Under the pieces are notes generated by a model. It did no database searches and was not told where the DNA came from. It was given only the letters and a program-made list of their open reading frames with translations. This document shows, in pieces, positions 1-9,159 of a DNA stretch of 58,832 nucleotides. How positions within the stretch are numbered: the first letter of the stretch is position 1; every line of letters begins with the position of its first letter. The position numbers and the translations under genes are program-made. This DNA is from a virus (Duplodnaviria > Caudoviricetes): IMG/VR virus record IMGVR_UViG_3300037606_000073, positions 1 to 58,832 of that record; one strand, written 5' to 3'.

Positions 1-166
1 GAGCAACACCGACCCAGCGGTCGCCAACAGAATAGTGCATGAGGTTGTCCTCACCCGCAACCACTGCGCCCTTGTACGCCAAAGGGTCCAGCTCGATAGG
101 CGTGGTGTAGACCAAGGACCGGCCGACAGCGCGCTCGCGCCCTGATGCAAACTTTACGCTGCTCAT
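1..166 (-). CDS. 5' part of 84-aa tail-region protein (runs off window edge; copy of 57210..57464)
   Basis: ATG at 166 overlaps the stop of the 137-aa gene (ATGA). Translates MSSVKFASGRERAVG..., matching the full copy. Confidence 0.85.
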   Translation of the reverse strand, partial: MSSVKFASGRERAVGRSLVYTTPIELDPLAYKGAVVAGEDNLMHYSVGDRWVGVA

Positions 167-576
167 GTGATCACCGTAAATTCTTCACGTTGATTGAGGA
201 CGTAGGACAGATTGGCAATGGCGCCTTGAAAGTTTTCTGTCTTCAACTGCAGGCTCTCCCCGCTGCGCAGGTTCTGCCTGCCGAGCTCGATGATGGCAAA
301 GTCGTTCGGTGGGATGTCCATCTGGTTCAGGATCAAAAAGCTGACGCCGTTCGTGTCTACGATCCGAGCTGATAACTGCAACGTCTCTGTCGCGTTGTTG
401 GTGACCATCAGCGATGTTAGCAGCGCTACAGCCTCGACGGTGCGCTCTGGGTTCGGCCCGATGGCTGGGATGAAATAGTCCGGCGTCTCCAAAACCGTCG
501 TGTAGAACGACGGGATAACGACGCGTTCTACGTTAAACAGGTTGAGTGGGGGGCGGGGCGTAGTGATCGTAGGCAT
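163..576 (-). CDS. Tail-associated beta-rich structural protein (137 aa)
   Basis: Coupled to neighbouring genes. The second copy at 57461..57874 has mostly conservative changes, indicating purifying selection. Confidence 0.75.
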   Translation of the reverse strand: MPTITTPRPPLNLFNVERVVIPSFYTTVLETPDYFIPAIGPNPERTVEAVALLTSLMVTNNATETLQLSARIVDTNGVSFLILNQMDIPPNDFAIIELGRQNLRSGESLQLKTENFQGAIANLSYVLNQREEFTVIT

Positions 577-577
577 G

Positions 578-3052
578 TCAGCCTCCTAATGCTTGGATAA
601 GAGGTAGCGCGATATTCTGCACACCACGGGAGAAAGCCTGCCCCTCGACAGTACCGCGCTCGAAGTCCACGCGCAAGTCGTCCCCGAGGTAGGTGTCCCC
701 GAGTTCGGTTGAGAACGTGGCATAGACCCGCCCGCCATCCAGCTTCAGGTTCGCAAACGCTGGGTTCACGGCTTCGCCGGTACCACGCTGAGAGAACGGC
801 AGCGAGTTGTAGTTCACCCCCGAGCCGACGTAGCTGAACTGTTGCCCAGTTGCTTCGACTACAGATGGGAACCCTATCGTAGGGGGCGTCTCGACGTTGG
901 TCTTGATGAGCGTAATTAACGAGCCCAGCATGGCCTCAGCTGGAGCCGTCAGCGCACACCGCGCGAGGATTCGGGCTTGGATGATTTCCCAGCTGCGCAG
1001 GAAGATTGGTAGTAGCCCAGCGCTGAAGTGGTACTCAGCGTTCCAGTTGAACAGTCCCTTCACAAAGAACTGCGCCCCGCGGTCTTGGCCCGACCGGAAG
1101 TCACCCGACAGCTGGCGCAGCAAGGTTCCAGCGTCGCGGCGCGTCAGGGCCTCGTTCTCAACACTGAAGTTCTGCACTTCCACAAACTCGTCAGCGAGTT
1201 GTATGTACATCTCCTCGATGATGGTGGCCTGCTGCTCAATGATCGCATCGGCTGTGGCCACGTACACTCCGCGGGGCTGCCCAACAGGGTCTTCGATCCG
1301 GATTGTGTTCCGGAAGCCCGTCGCTACAAGCGCGTAGTCACCAAAGGTATTGTTGGAGTTGGCAACCGTAACCTGTCCGCCGTCGAGGCACCACAAGCCG
1401 TAGCGGCTCCAGTTCGTGAACACCGACACAAGCTGCACAAACGCGTTGCGTTTGATCAGGTAGCCGTAACCGTTCGGGTTGATCGCTGTAAAGCTGTCGA
1501 CCACCACGGACCGTAGCGGTGAGGAAGGCGCAAGTACAGAGCCGTCGGCCAGCAGGTTACCGCCACCGCGCGGCATGAGCGGATTACCCGCTGCACGGTC
1601 GATAGGCAGCGTCAGCTGGTCCTGTGTGAAGTTGTGCAGCATAGAGCAGTCAGAGATATACGGCGAGCGTATGATGACCGCACCGGGCTTAAACACGAAC
1701 ACAAAGCCCTTCTCAGGTGGATAATCATACTCGGGTTCTATGGCGACCCCAGCTATCTTGCGATACAGCTCCGAGCCAACAGTAAAGTAGCCCCGCTCAG
1801 CAACCGCCGCGAGGCCAGTGCCCTCGTTCACATAGTTTGGCGCTGCCTCATGCTGCAATCCGGTGAACGTAAAACCGCGGACTTTGGTGCCGCTGTTCAG
1901 CATGAACATATTGTTCTGCGCCAAACCACTGGGTAGCGACAGCTTCGTTGTACGTAAGTCGTACCCGTACAGCAGACAGTTTACAGGGACTTCTGTGTCC
2001 GGCTGTACTGTATACTCACCGGGGTAAACAATCACACCACATGGGACTGCAAGCACCGCGGCTTTTGCAAGCGCCGTGCCAATAGTCGCTAACGAGGCCC
2101 CGAGACTGGTGCCCGTGTTTGCGTCGTTGCCACCCATCGTCACGTAGAAAGTGCGCTCTACAGTGTACGAGTCAGCAACGCCAGCTCCAGCAGGGATCGT
2201 GCCTGCGGGCCACTGGAAATCGGACGGGATGACGAGGTTGTCGGCCGACACGACGAGCGGCGTTGGCAGCGCGGTTTGCGTTAGGGTCAGCGTGTCAAGG
2301 TCAGTCTCATGTCCGACGCCATAGGTACGGTACCATGCGATGCCGTAGCGGGCTGAACTGGGGACATATACGTCGTAGGCTTCACCGCCCGCGAAGCCGA
2401 CCGAGTAGGAGAACTCCCGGCGAAGCGAGCTTACGAGCAGTGTGTTGTCGGAGTGGACGACGATCTCACCGATCTTGTTGCCGAACCCGTTGTACCAGTC
2501 GATACCCGCAGTAATCCCGTCGTTGGCAGGATCGCCACTGTCCTTGAACCGCTGGTACCCGCCGCGGAAAGTGTATGTTTGGCCCGCTTCGAGCGGCACT
2601 GAGTACCTCATGGCTGCCATGCCAAGCCCCGTGAAGCGGTATACTTTACCGTTCAGGCCAACAGCGTTCGCGCCACCAGATAGATTGAAGTAATCGGGTG
2701 CGTCGCCGGGGCGGTGTTCACGGAAAAGCTCCGAAGCCTTCTGCACCTGAGCTGTCGTACTCGTGAGGTTCCCCACGGTGACGCGGAGCTCGACAAGACT
2801 GCCGGGGTTGAAGGCTTGCGGGATTGTCTCCTCAGCACCACGCTCAACGGTCAGTACGTCGCCCGCGCGAGCGGTGACGTTTACGATCTCAAGGGCGTTG
2901 TCTGTAGACACAATGGTCGCGAAGAAATTCTCACCGGCGCTCAGCGTCGGAAACGCCGCGCCCGTTCCCGCAGTCAGCGTGACCTGCGTACCCGTGTCGG
3001 TAATAGCGGCAGCAAGAAACCCGCGCGCGTTGTTCTTCAGTTTAACTGACAT
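578..3052 (-). CDS. Tail fibre/spike-like protein with beta-helix (pectin-lyase-like) region
   Basis: N-terminal phage tail anchor motif (NNARGFLAAAI...EIVNVTARAGDVLTVERG). FYVTMGGNDANTG and RSPYISDCS...VVDSFTAIN motifs resemble phage beta-helix virion proteins. Confidence 0.7.
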   Translation of the reverse strand: MSVKLKNNARGFLAAAITDTGTQVTLTAGTGAAFPTLSAGENFFATIVSTDNALEIVNVTARAGDVLTVERGAEETIPQAFNPGSLVELRVTVGNLTSTTAQVQKASELFREHRPGDAPDYFNLSGGANAVGLNGKVYRFTGLGMAAMRYSVPLEAGQTYTFRGGYQRFKDSGDPANDGITAGIDWYNGFGNKIGEIVVHSDNTLLVSSLRREFSYSVGFAGGEAYDVYVPSSARYGIAWYRTYGVGHETDLDTLTLTQTALPTPLVVSADNLVIPSDFQWPAGTIPAGAGVADSYTVERTFYVTMGGNDANTGTSLGASLATIGTALAKAAVLAVPCGVIVYPGEYTVQPDTEVPVNCLLYGYDLRTTKLSLPSGLAQNNMFMLNSGTKVRGFTFTGLQHEAAPNYVNEGTGLAAVAERGYFTVGSELYRKIAGVAIEPEYDYPPEKGFVFVFKPGAVIIRSPYISDCSMLHNFTQDQLTLPIDRAAGNPLMPRGGGNLLADGSVLAPSSPLRSVVVDSFTAINPNGYGYLIKRNAFVQLVSVFTNWSRYGLWCLDGGQVTVANSNNTFGDYALVATGFRNTIRIEDPVGQPRGVYVATADAIIEQQATIIEEMYIQLADEFVEVQNFSVENEALTRRDAGTLLRQLSGDFRSGQDRGAQFFVKGLFNWNAEYHFSAGLLPIFLRSWEIIQARILARCALTAPAEAMLGSLITLIKTNVETPPTIGFPSVVEATGQQFSYVGSGVNYNSLPFSQRGTGEAVNPAFANLKLDGGRVYATFSTELGDTYLGDDLRVDFERGTVEGQAFSRGVQNIALPLIQALGG

Positions 3053-3067
3053 TAACAGACTCCGTTA

Positions 3068-3832
3068 TCATACGAAGGGCCGCATTTGTACCGCCATAGT
3101 CCCGCGCATGTTGCCCAAATTAGCACGCGCCCTACGCTCTGTCACGTGTGAAAGGTACTGCTTGGCGTGGTAGGTCGCCAGCTCTCGGTCGCCCCACGCT
3201 TCGTTTGGTAATACCAGAAGTTCTTGCAGAGCGCCATGGAACAATACGTCCTCGATCTCGTCGAACAAATACTGTGGCATACCCTCGGCAGTTCGCTTCG
3301 GCTTCAGCGCATATATCAGCCGCAGCCGGTACGTATCGGCGCCGTCCGGAAGGGGCAGCAGTATGTATTGGTCCGGGGTTAGCTGCGTCATCGAGCGCGG
3401 CTCTGACGCCCCTTCCAGCGCGTCCTCGGGCATCTGGAAATCTGCCCCACTATTGAGCCCCTGCTCGTTGAGTGCCGCCCCGTTGAACGCCCCAGAGCCC
3501 GCCCATAGGTCTTCGTACGCCACGCCTGCGTAGAGGTCCGCCCACTGCGGATACCTGTGCGTGGCCTGCTCCAGCGTCAGGCGATCCAGCGGACTGTCAT
3601 TGATGGTTGCTGCGAATACAACATGGACGTCGGTGTTCTGGGGCTTGCGGTAATAGTACTGGTGCACCCCCGGGCTCACCGTCATAACGGGCTCCGCGTG
3701 CCGCCAGAATAGCGTGCGCTCGCAAGACCGTATCGCGGTGTTGCGAATCGCCTGCTCCATAAGCGGCTGCGGGCACCCCGGCACACTGGAGTTAATCCGC
3801 GGGATGAGTGAGCTGAACTCGCGATCTGCCAT
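3068..3832 (-). CDS. Putative head-tail adaptor protein
   Basis: VPGCPQPLMEQAIRNTAIRSCERT N-terminus and position downstream of the capsid genes. Confidence 0.6.
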   Translation of the reverse strand: MADREFSSLIPRINSSVPGCPQPLMEQAIRNTAIRSCERTLFWRHAEPVMTVSPGVHQYYYRKPQNTDVHVVFAATINDSPLDRLTLEQATHRYPQWADLYAGVAYEDLWAGSGAFNGAALNEQGLNSGADFQMPEDALEGASEPRSMTQLTPDQYILLPLPDGADTYRLRLIYALKPKRTAEGMPQYLFDEIEDVLFHGALQELLVLPNEAWGDRELATYHAKQYLSHVTERRARANLGNMRGTMAVQMRPFV

Positions 3833-4476
3833 TACACCACCTGTCTCGGGTCTAGGCTGCCCGCGTCTGTGTCGGTCAGCTGCTGCGTCTTCATGTCAGC
3901 AATGAGGTCTTGGACGAACGCATCGTTGAAAAGTTTTGCTCGGCCAGAGTTTACGTGCTCGTCGTCAATCGACTGGGCCAAGTACACGATACCGTTTATG
4001 AGTGCCGGGTGGTACGCGTCGCCGGGTACAGTTATCGTATCTCCCAACGCATACGGCGCAGGCGTCTCAGAATACTCGGCGATCAGAACGGTGCCGCTCT
4101 GTGGCGCTGGGTACAGGAAGAACATCCCGGGGTTCCGCACGTGGCGGACATAGTTTACAGGGACCCCAGCGGGCGATGAACGCCACATCGGAGCTGTTTG
4201 ATCTAGCGCGTCCTTGTTTACCTCGGTGATTACCCTGCCGCCCTGCACGTTGTAGATTTCTACGAGGCGGATGCCAGTGGTGGGTATGCGCTGTACTACA
4301 GTACCAGCAACGGTTTGGATTTCGCCGACCACAGTAAACAAGTCCGGCCGAATCGTGGTCATCCGTCGTATGGTCTGGTTTAGGAATCGCAGCAGCACCG
4401 CATCGGAATACCGATACGGCGCGCGAGTATCCTGCACCAAAGCGCGGACTTCGACTATGACCTCAGCAGCTGTCAT
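3832..4476 (-). CDS. Putative head-tail adaptor protein (DUF6682-like)
   Basis: VRALVQD...YRYSDAVLLRFLN...IRPD and FFLYPAP motifs typical of podophage adaptors. Confidence 0.6.
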   Translation of the reverse strand: MTAAEVIVEVRALVQDTRAPYRYSDAVLLRFLNQTIRRMTTIRPDLFTVVGEIQTVAGTVVQRIPTTGIRLVEIYNVQGGRVITEVNKDALDQTAPMWRSSPAGVPVNYVRHVRNPGMFFLYPAPQSGTVLIAEYSETPAPYALGDTITVPGDAYHPALINGIVYLAQSIDDEHVNSGRAKLFNDAFVQDLIADMKTQQLTDTDAGSLDPRQVV

Positions 4477-4730
4477 TCAGGCAGGTCCCTTGACGCATCG
4501 GCTTCTATCTCGGGTGAAGTATACTTCGGTTCTTCTGGGATGTCATCTGTAGAAACGTTAAGCGGTTTCTTCCTGTTTGTCGTGGCTTTGGTGACCAGTT
4601 TCTTAGGGACAAACTTTTCTGGGAACGCTTCTTCTTCGGTGACCTCAAAGAGCTTGTGGTTCTTTGACATGTCTGAGGTCCACCCAAAGATGTACCCGTC
4701 GTCTACGTGCTTGAGCCAACGCTGTGTCAT
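4473..4730 (-). CDS. Hypothetical protein (85 aa)
   Basis: ATGA coupling on both sides within the structural operon. Confidence 0.65.
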   Translation of the reverse strand: MTQRWLKHVDDGYIFGWTSDMSKNHKLFEVTEEEAFPEKFVPKKLVTKATTNRKKPLNVSTDDIPEEPKYTSPEIEADASRDLPE

Positions 4731-4963
4731 TTTTTTGTCCTTTTCCCCGAGGGTTTTACTGGCCAGCTCTTTCGCTCTGGTCCGGTCTTCTTAGTAGACA
4801 TACTACGTTTCTCCGCAGCAGTCATCTTGCTTGCTGCTTTCTGCGGTCTGCAGGCTGGGTACGAGCGACTGGACTTCTCAGACCCGGAACGGCCGCAGGG
4901 CTTGCCGGTCTTCACGTCGACCCACTTCTCCCCGAACCATTTGCCGAGGCCGCCCTTGCTCAT
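4727..4963 (-). CDS. Small basic protein (DUF5872-like, KWFGEKWVDVKTGKPCGR)
   Basis: Likely start ATG 4963 overlaps the upstream stop (ATGA); Lys/Arg-rich phage motif. Confidence 0.7.
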   Translation of the reverse strand: MSKGGLGKWFGEKWVDVKTGKPCGRSGSEKSSRSYPACRPQKAASKMTAAEKRSMSTKKTGPERKSWPVKPSGKRTKK

Positions 4964-5127
4964 TTCTTCACCCGGTTGTCTGGGCCTTTCCAACCGCCGC
5001 CGCGCTTCTTGTACTCCTTGGAGGCCCACGCATTAGCGTACGCGCTCGGGTACACATCGAACTTCTTCTTGGCCTCGGACTTTACCTTGGACCAGAGTGA
5101 CGGGTTCGTAGGTTTGGGACTAGCCAT
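4960..5127 (-). CDS. Small basic protein (55 aa, DUF5872-like), absent from the ORF track
   Basis: Translated manually: MASPKPTNPSLWSKVKSEAKKKFDVYPSAYANAWASKEYKKRGGGWKGPDNRVKK*. Coupled to the next gene. Confidence 0.75.
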   Translation of the reverse strand: MASPKPTNPSLWSKVKSEAKKKFDVYPSAYANAWASKEYKKRGGGWKGPDNRVKK

Positions 5128-5128
5128 G

Positions 5129-5199
5129 TCAGCACTTCCACGCTCTTAAGGATTTATTGATTCGGCTGTTCGGGTCGTTGGCCGTCTTCTTCGAGGTCA
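5129..5199 (-). pseudogene. Orphaned duplicate 3' end of the 5489..5743 gene
   Basis: Translates TSKKTANDPNSRINKSLRAWKC* versus TSKKTASDPNSRINKSLRAWKC* in the intact gene. Confidence 0.85.
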
Positions 5200-5472
5200 C
5201 TTGCCCCCTCTAGGTTTGCCTACACGCTTCTTAGCCTCTTTACTGCCCTTCGCCATTTCTGATAAGCGACTAACACCGGACTTCATAAACGCCGCAGCGT
5301 TTGCCCGCCCCGTCATTTGTGCGGCCTTTTTCCGGTCCTTGTCGTCTTTCACAGTGGAGAGAGGCTTTGAGTTCCCAACCCCGTCCTTCTTCATGCGAAA
5401 CGCCTCACTCTCATACTGTTGAGAGCCGTCGTTGTTTTTGCGTGTGGCAACTTTTTTGACGGGTTCTTTCAT
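5197..5472 (-). CDS. Small basic hypothetical protein (91 aa), cargo of a 360-bp insertion
   Basis: GGAGGAG RBS; lies between 34-bp direct repeats at 5166..5199 and 5526..5559. Confidence 0.75.
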   Translation of the reverse strand: MKEPVKKVATRKNNDGSQQYESEAFRMKKDGVGNSKPLSTVKDDKDRKKAAQMTGRANAAAFMKSGVSRLSEMAKGSKEAKKRVGKPRGGK

Positions 5473-5488
5473 TTCGTCGCTCCTCCAT

Positions 5489-5743
5489 CTAACATTTCCA
5501 AGCCCGCAGGCTTTTGTTTATGCGACTGTTCGGGTCGCTGGCCGTCTTCTTCGAGGTCAACTTCTTCTTCATGCCTGTCATTCTGGCACAAAAACTCGCT
5601 TTGCGGGAGCCCCCTTCTGGCTGGGGGGCCTTGAGTCCCGGCTTACCCGGGTTGGCCTTGTTGTAGGACGCGCGCCCCTTGGCGTTCAGGCCCCCCTTCG
5701 GGTCCTTGCCTTCCTTGCGGGTCCAAGCAGGGCTCTTAGCCAT
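5489..5743 (-). CDS. Small basic phage protein (DUF6321-like)
   Basis: Recognisable motif AWTRKEGKDPKGGLNAKGRASY...RKASFCARM...SLRAWKC. Confidence 0.8.
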   Translation of the reverse strand: MAKSPAWTRKEGKDPKGGLNAKGRASYNKANPGKPGLKAPQPEGGSRKASFCARMTGMKKKLTSKKTASDPNSRINKSLRAWKC

Positions 5744-6663
5744 TACGCAATCCTATTCACTACGAGGATAACCGCAGGTATCACTGGGCGGTTGTAGGGC
5801 ACAGTCTGTGCATCTACATGGTGCAAAGTCACCCCGGCGTTTTCCACAGCAACGACGACTTCAAGGTACTGCCCCGCTGTGACTTGTAGGAGTCCGGTAA
5901 CAGCCTGACAAGTAACGCCGCCGTCAGAAGACTTGGGTATAACCAGCTCAGACGCTGAGTTCGGGATGTCCGTACCGTTCAGTCGGAACCACACCTCCGC
6001 GTCGTGGTCATTGTTATCGGTGTTCTGAAACTGAAGGCGGGATGCAATCTCGTACACCCCTGCAGCCGCAAACGTGATCCGCGTACTGCTCGTGACCGAC
6101 ACCCCAGCTGCAAGCCCAGTTGTGTCGAACTCTACAACTGTAGCTGTATCTGCAGTAAATGTCTGGTCGCTGAGGTCGTAGAAGATTCCGTGCGCCCGCC
6201 CGGTCACGTCGCCAAAGGCCACGCTGATTGGGTCTCCGGGCTGCAGCGCGCTATCAGCCAGCGCACCCTGCGCGGCTGTGGCGAAGTCTCCGGGCTGCAG
6301 CGCGCTATCAGCCAGCGCACCCTGCGCGGCTGTGGCGAAGTCGCCTGTGTCATTTAGCGCGGCAGTCCCGAGACCAAGCTCAGCCCGCGCCTGCGCCTGA
6401 TCGCCGTATGTAACCTTAGTGATAACCACCGAGCCAGTCCCATTGGGGCTCAAGGTGATGTCACCGTTCTCGTCAATGCTGCTGATCGTGTTGCCCGCGA
6501 TGCGTACGTTGCCAGCCGAGGCGGACACTGTACCGACCTTCAGGGCTGTGGCAACGCCCGTGCCGCTGTAGACGACCTTCTCGGTAGCCGCCGGCCCGCC
6601 GTCGACGTGCAGCAGCTGGCTGTACGTGTCTTTGATTTTGTTCGCTGTCAGGTTGGTAGTCAT
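5743..6663 (-). CDS. Virion fibre-like structural protein with C-terminal beta-sandwich
   Basis: ATAAQGALADSALQP fibre motif (x2) and a beta-rich C-terminus. Start placed at ATG 6663. Confidence 0.6.
   Translation of the reverse strand: MTTNLTANKIKDTYSQLLHVDGGPAATEKVVYSGTGVATALKVGTVSASAGNVRIAGNTISSIDENGDITLSPNGTGSVVITKVTYGDQAQARAELGLGTAALNDTGDFATAAQGALADSALQPGDFATAAQGALADSALQPGDPISVAFGDVTGRAHGIFYDLSDQTFTADTATVVEFDTTGLAAGVSVTSSTRITFAAAGVYEIASRLQFQNTDNNDHDAEVWFRLNGTDIPNSASELVIPKSSDGGVTCQAVTGLLQVTAGQYLEVVVAVENAGVTLHHVDAQTVPYNRPVIPAVILVVNRIA
6232..6342. repeat. Perfect 54-bp in-frame tandem duplication (DFATAAQGALADSALQPG x2)
   Basis: 6232..6285 equals 6286..6339. Confidence 0.95.
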
Positions 6664-6686
6664 TGCACGCACCCCAAATGGTAGGT

Positions 6687-6704
6687 GGGGCCCCGAAGGG
6701 CCCC
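6687..6704 (-). terminator. cUUCGg hairpin downstream of capsid/decoration genes (stabiliser or weak terminator)
   Basis: GGGGCCC-TTCG-GGGCCCC on the minus strand; no clear U-tract. Confidence 0.55.
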
Positions 6705-6709
6705 GACCG

Positions 6710-7183
6710 TTATGTTACGTTTGGAATCGTGCCGAGATCGGCACCCATGTTGACCACAGCCAGCGAGACTTTGATGCGTGCTGCGTCAGTGGCCGCGGTG
6801 TTGACGGTCAACACAACGTCGGTATCCGCAGCTGCGTAGTACGCGCCCGCGGTCACGCCCGCGGTAGTGCCAACTGCCGCGTTCAGGTCCACGTTGTTGC
6901 CCCAGAGCGCGTGTGTAACCGCGACGCCAATGTCGACAGTGGCTGCTGCGCCTTCAGCACGTACAACAGTGACGGCAGTCGCCACCACGTACGCACCTGC
7001 GGGCAGCGTGCCAATGACCAGCGTGTCCGCGGCTCCCAGAGCAGCGGCGCTTGCAGCAGAACGAGCTGCTGCAATCTTGGCGAAGTCGAGATCAATCTCG
7101 ATGACGCTCACGCGGTCGGTGTAGTTGGCTGTAAAGCCTGCAGAGTTCTTATAGAACCCCAGCGAGTCGGTGTAAGCAACCAT
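6710..7183 (-). CDS. Putative capsid decoration/cement protein
   Basis: 157-aa Ala/Val/Thr-rich protein directly after the major capsid gene, with AGGAGG RBS. Confidence 0.6.
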   Translation of the reverse strand: MVAYTDSLGFYKNSAGFTANYTDRVSVIEIDLDFAKIAAARSAASAAALGAADTLVIGTLPAGAYVVATAVTVVRAEGAAATVDIGVAVTHALWGNNVDLNAAVGTTAGVTAGAYYAAADTDVVLTVNTAATDAARIKVSLAVVNMGADLGTIPNVT

Positions 7184-7196
7184 TGGTCAGCCCTCC

Positions 7197-8123
7197 TTAC
7201 GCGAAGTTGACGACTGCAGTGGACAGTGCCTCAGGCTTTACAACCTGATAACCATACACCTGCATACCGCGAATGATATTGCCAAACGTAGACTGAGCAC
7301 GGAGAGTTTCCATCTCGGTCATCTGTGTGGCAAAGGTGAAGCCCATCTTGTGCCCCGCGATCACCGACGTATTACCGGCGGTGACATTCAGGTTGTGCGA
7401 CACGTAGATGGTGAAGCGGTCGATCATGCCAAGGCGGCCGTTGCGCAGCGGAGTAGTGCTGTCACCGGTCAGCGAGGCATCCTTCAGCTCGGACTTCTTA
7501 ATGAGGCCCGCAGCACGTGCTGGGATCACAAGGAAGCGGTCGCTCTCGGGGCAGTTCGCCTCGTCCAGCACAGTACCCATATCGACGATCAGGTCGACGA
7601 TGGACACAGTCGAAGACGCGCCGTCCTTGGTGATGGTCAGCGGAGCGCCAGCCGTACCAAGGTTAAACGCGCTAGACTTAGCACCGGCAGTGACGCCGCG
7701 GTTGGATGTGCCTACGCCGGGCAGCAGATCGGTCAGCACGCGCTGGTCAATCCTGATCTTCATCTGCTCGGACGCGTCTTTCGACCACATATCCATCAGT
7801 TTCACATCGGTCTGTACCTTATCCACATCGTCTTCGATGCAGGAGAAGTACTCGCCTTTGTCAATGACCAGCTGAAGTTTCGGCTTGTCAGGGGTTTCTA
7901 CGACAAGGTTCTGACCCTTGATGTACTCACGAATCGTGATGTTGGGCTGGGTACGGATATTGACCGTATCACCCATGCTCTTGATCTCGCCTTCGTAGTC
8001 GGTATTCGAGATCGCTGCGAGCACAGTGGCGTCGTAGAAGTTCTCGATCAGTTTACCGGACCAAATCTCAGGGATGAAATTCCCGGAGTAGTTGGGTCGG
8101 CCGGGGGAAACGGGGTACGCCAT
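7197..8123 (-). CDS. Major capsid protein (HK97 fold, P22-coat-like)
   Basis: FIPEIWSGKLIENFY, TDYEGEIKSMGDTVNI and IRGMQVYGYQVVKPE motifs; follows the scaffold gene. Confidence 0.9.
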   Translation of the reverse strand: MAYPVSPGRPNYSGNFIPEIWSGKLIENFYDATVLAAISNTDYEGEIKSMGDTVNIRTQPNITIREYIKGQNLVVETPDKPKLQLVIDKGEYFSCIEDDVDKVQTDVKLMDMWSKDASEQMKIRIDQRVLTDLLPGVGTSNRGVTAGAKSSAFNLGTAGAPLTITKDGASSTVSIVDLIVDMGTVLDEANCPESDRFLVIPARAAGLIKKSELKDASLTGDSTTPLRNGRLGMIDRFTIYVSHNLNVTAGNTSVIAGHKMGFTFATQMTEMETLRAQSTFGNIIRGMQVYGYQVVKPEALSTAVVNFA

Positions 8124-8137
8124 GTTTTGGCTCCTAT

Positions 8138-9124
8138 CTAACCGTTGGTGATGCGACCTTCGCGCTGTGCGGCGAAGATGTCACGTTCAATGCGAGCACG
8201 CTCCTCGTCCTTGCCCTTGAAGCGACCTTGTCGGACATCTGCGTAAAACTTCGCGATGGCCTCGGGGTTGTAAGTCTTACTGGGTGAGCTGCTCGGGGTG
8301 CTACCCGACCGCCCTTTACCCGGGGAGACTTGCTTCTCAAGCTGACTTGCGGCGGCGTGCCGAGTGGTCTGAGCAACAGATTGGCCTGCTTGCCCCTGCC
8401 AAGACTCGAAGAACTGAGCAACGCGACGCACGTCTTGGCTGCGCTGTGCGTTGTCGAGGAAGGTCTGGCGGGTCAATCCCGACAGAGGGTCTACCTCCAA
8501 TAACCAACTATGGAACCCTTGGTCGGCATTGATATCACGCCAATCTGGCGTGAGCCGTCCTAGTTCCGCCCAAAAACTCTGCTCAGCAGAATGTGCTTGG
8601 TTCTGCACAACCTGCTCTACGCGGGGTAGTACGCTTGTCTGGAGCTGGCGGAGTGTACCACGCAGTTCCGCGATCTCTTTTGCCTGTGTCAGAGTTTCCT
8701 CACGGGTAACTCGCCGCATCAGATCAACAGAATCGCCGTAATCCTCCACATCCTGCTCCGTTACGAACTTCTGACCAGAGTCAATCTGGGTCGTTGGTTG
8801 CGCAGATAGCGTGGACATGAGCTGTTCTATTTGGGTCAGTCGGGTGCTCAACTGCTGGTTCTCGGCCCGTAACCGGGCTGTATCAGCGTTATACATACCT
8901 TGAAGGGTGCGGTAACGCTGCTCAGCAGTCTCTTGGGTCTGGTTGTACTTTTGCCCGTGCTCGGTAGGCTGGGACTCGGGTGCCTCCTCCGTCTCACTGT
9001 AGGCCTCTACATGCTGTACGACCCCCTCACCCCCCGCTACCTCAGTAACGGAATCGGTGTTGAGTTCTTCATACAGCTTGGCGACGGCCTCAGACTGTTT
9101 ACGGACTTGTGCTGGCATAGCCAT
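8138..9124 (-). CDS. Capsid scaffolding protein
   Basis: Acidic coiled-coil protein with YRTLQGMYN and IFAAQREGRI, between portal and capsid genes. Confidence 0.75.
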   Translation of the reverse strand: MAMPAQVRKQSEAVAKLYEELNTDSVTEVAGGEGVVQHVEAYSETEEAPESQPTEHGQKYNQTQETAEQRYRTLQGMYNADTARLRAENQQLSTRLTQIEQLMSTLSAQPTTQIDSGQKFVTEQDVEDYGDSVDLMRRVTREETLTQAKEIAELRGTLRQLQTSVLPRVEQVVQNQAHSAEQSFWAELGRLTPDWRDINADQGFHSWLLEVDPLSGLTRQTFLDNAQRSQDVRRVAQFFESWQGQAGQSVAQTTRHAAASQLEKQVSPGKGRSGSTPSSSPSKTYNPEAIAKFYADVRQGRFKGKDEERARIERDIFAAQREGRITNG

Positions 9125-9159
9125 GTTGAACGCTCCTCTCGGTGTGCGCGGTTAAACGG

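Larger units (their letters stand above)
1..1534. repeat. Diverged colinear copy of 57299..58832 (allele A of tail segment)
   Basis: Constant offset 57298 at both ends. First 127 nt and last 49 nt are identical; the interior has many substitutions (13 aa differences in the 137-aa gene). Confidence 0.95.

Noticed and set aside
1-127. 127-bp exact repeat with 57299..57425 as a biological direct terminal repeat
   Set aside because: It falls mid-gene, its second copy is not at the window end, and its length matches an assembler k-mer.
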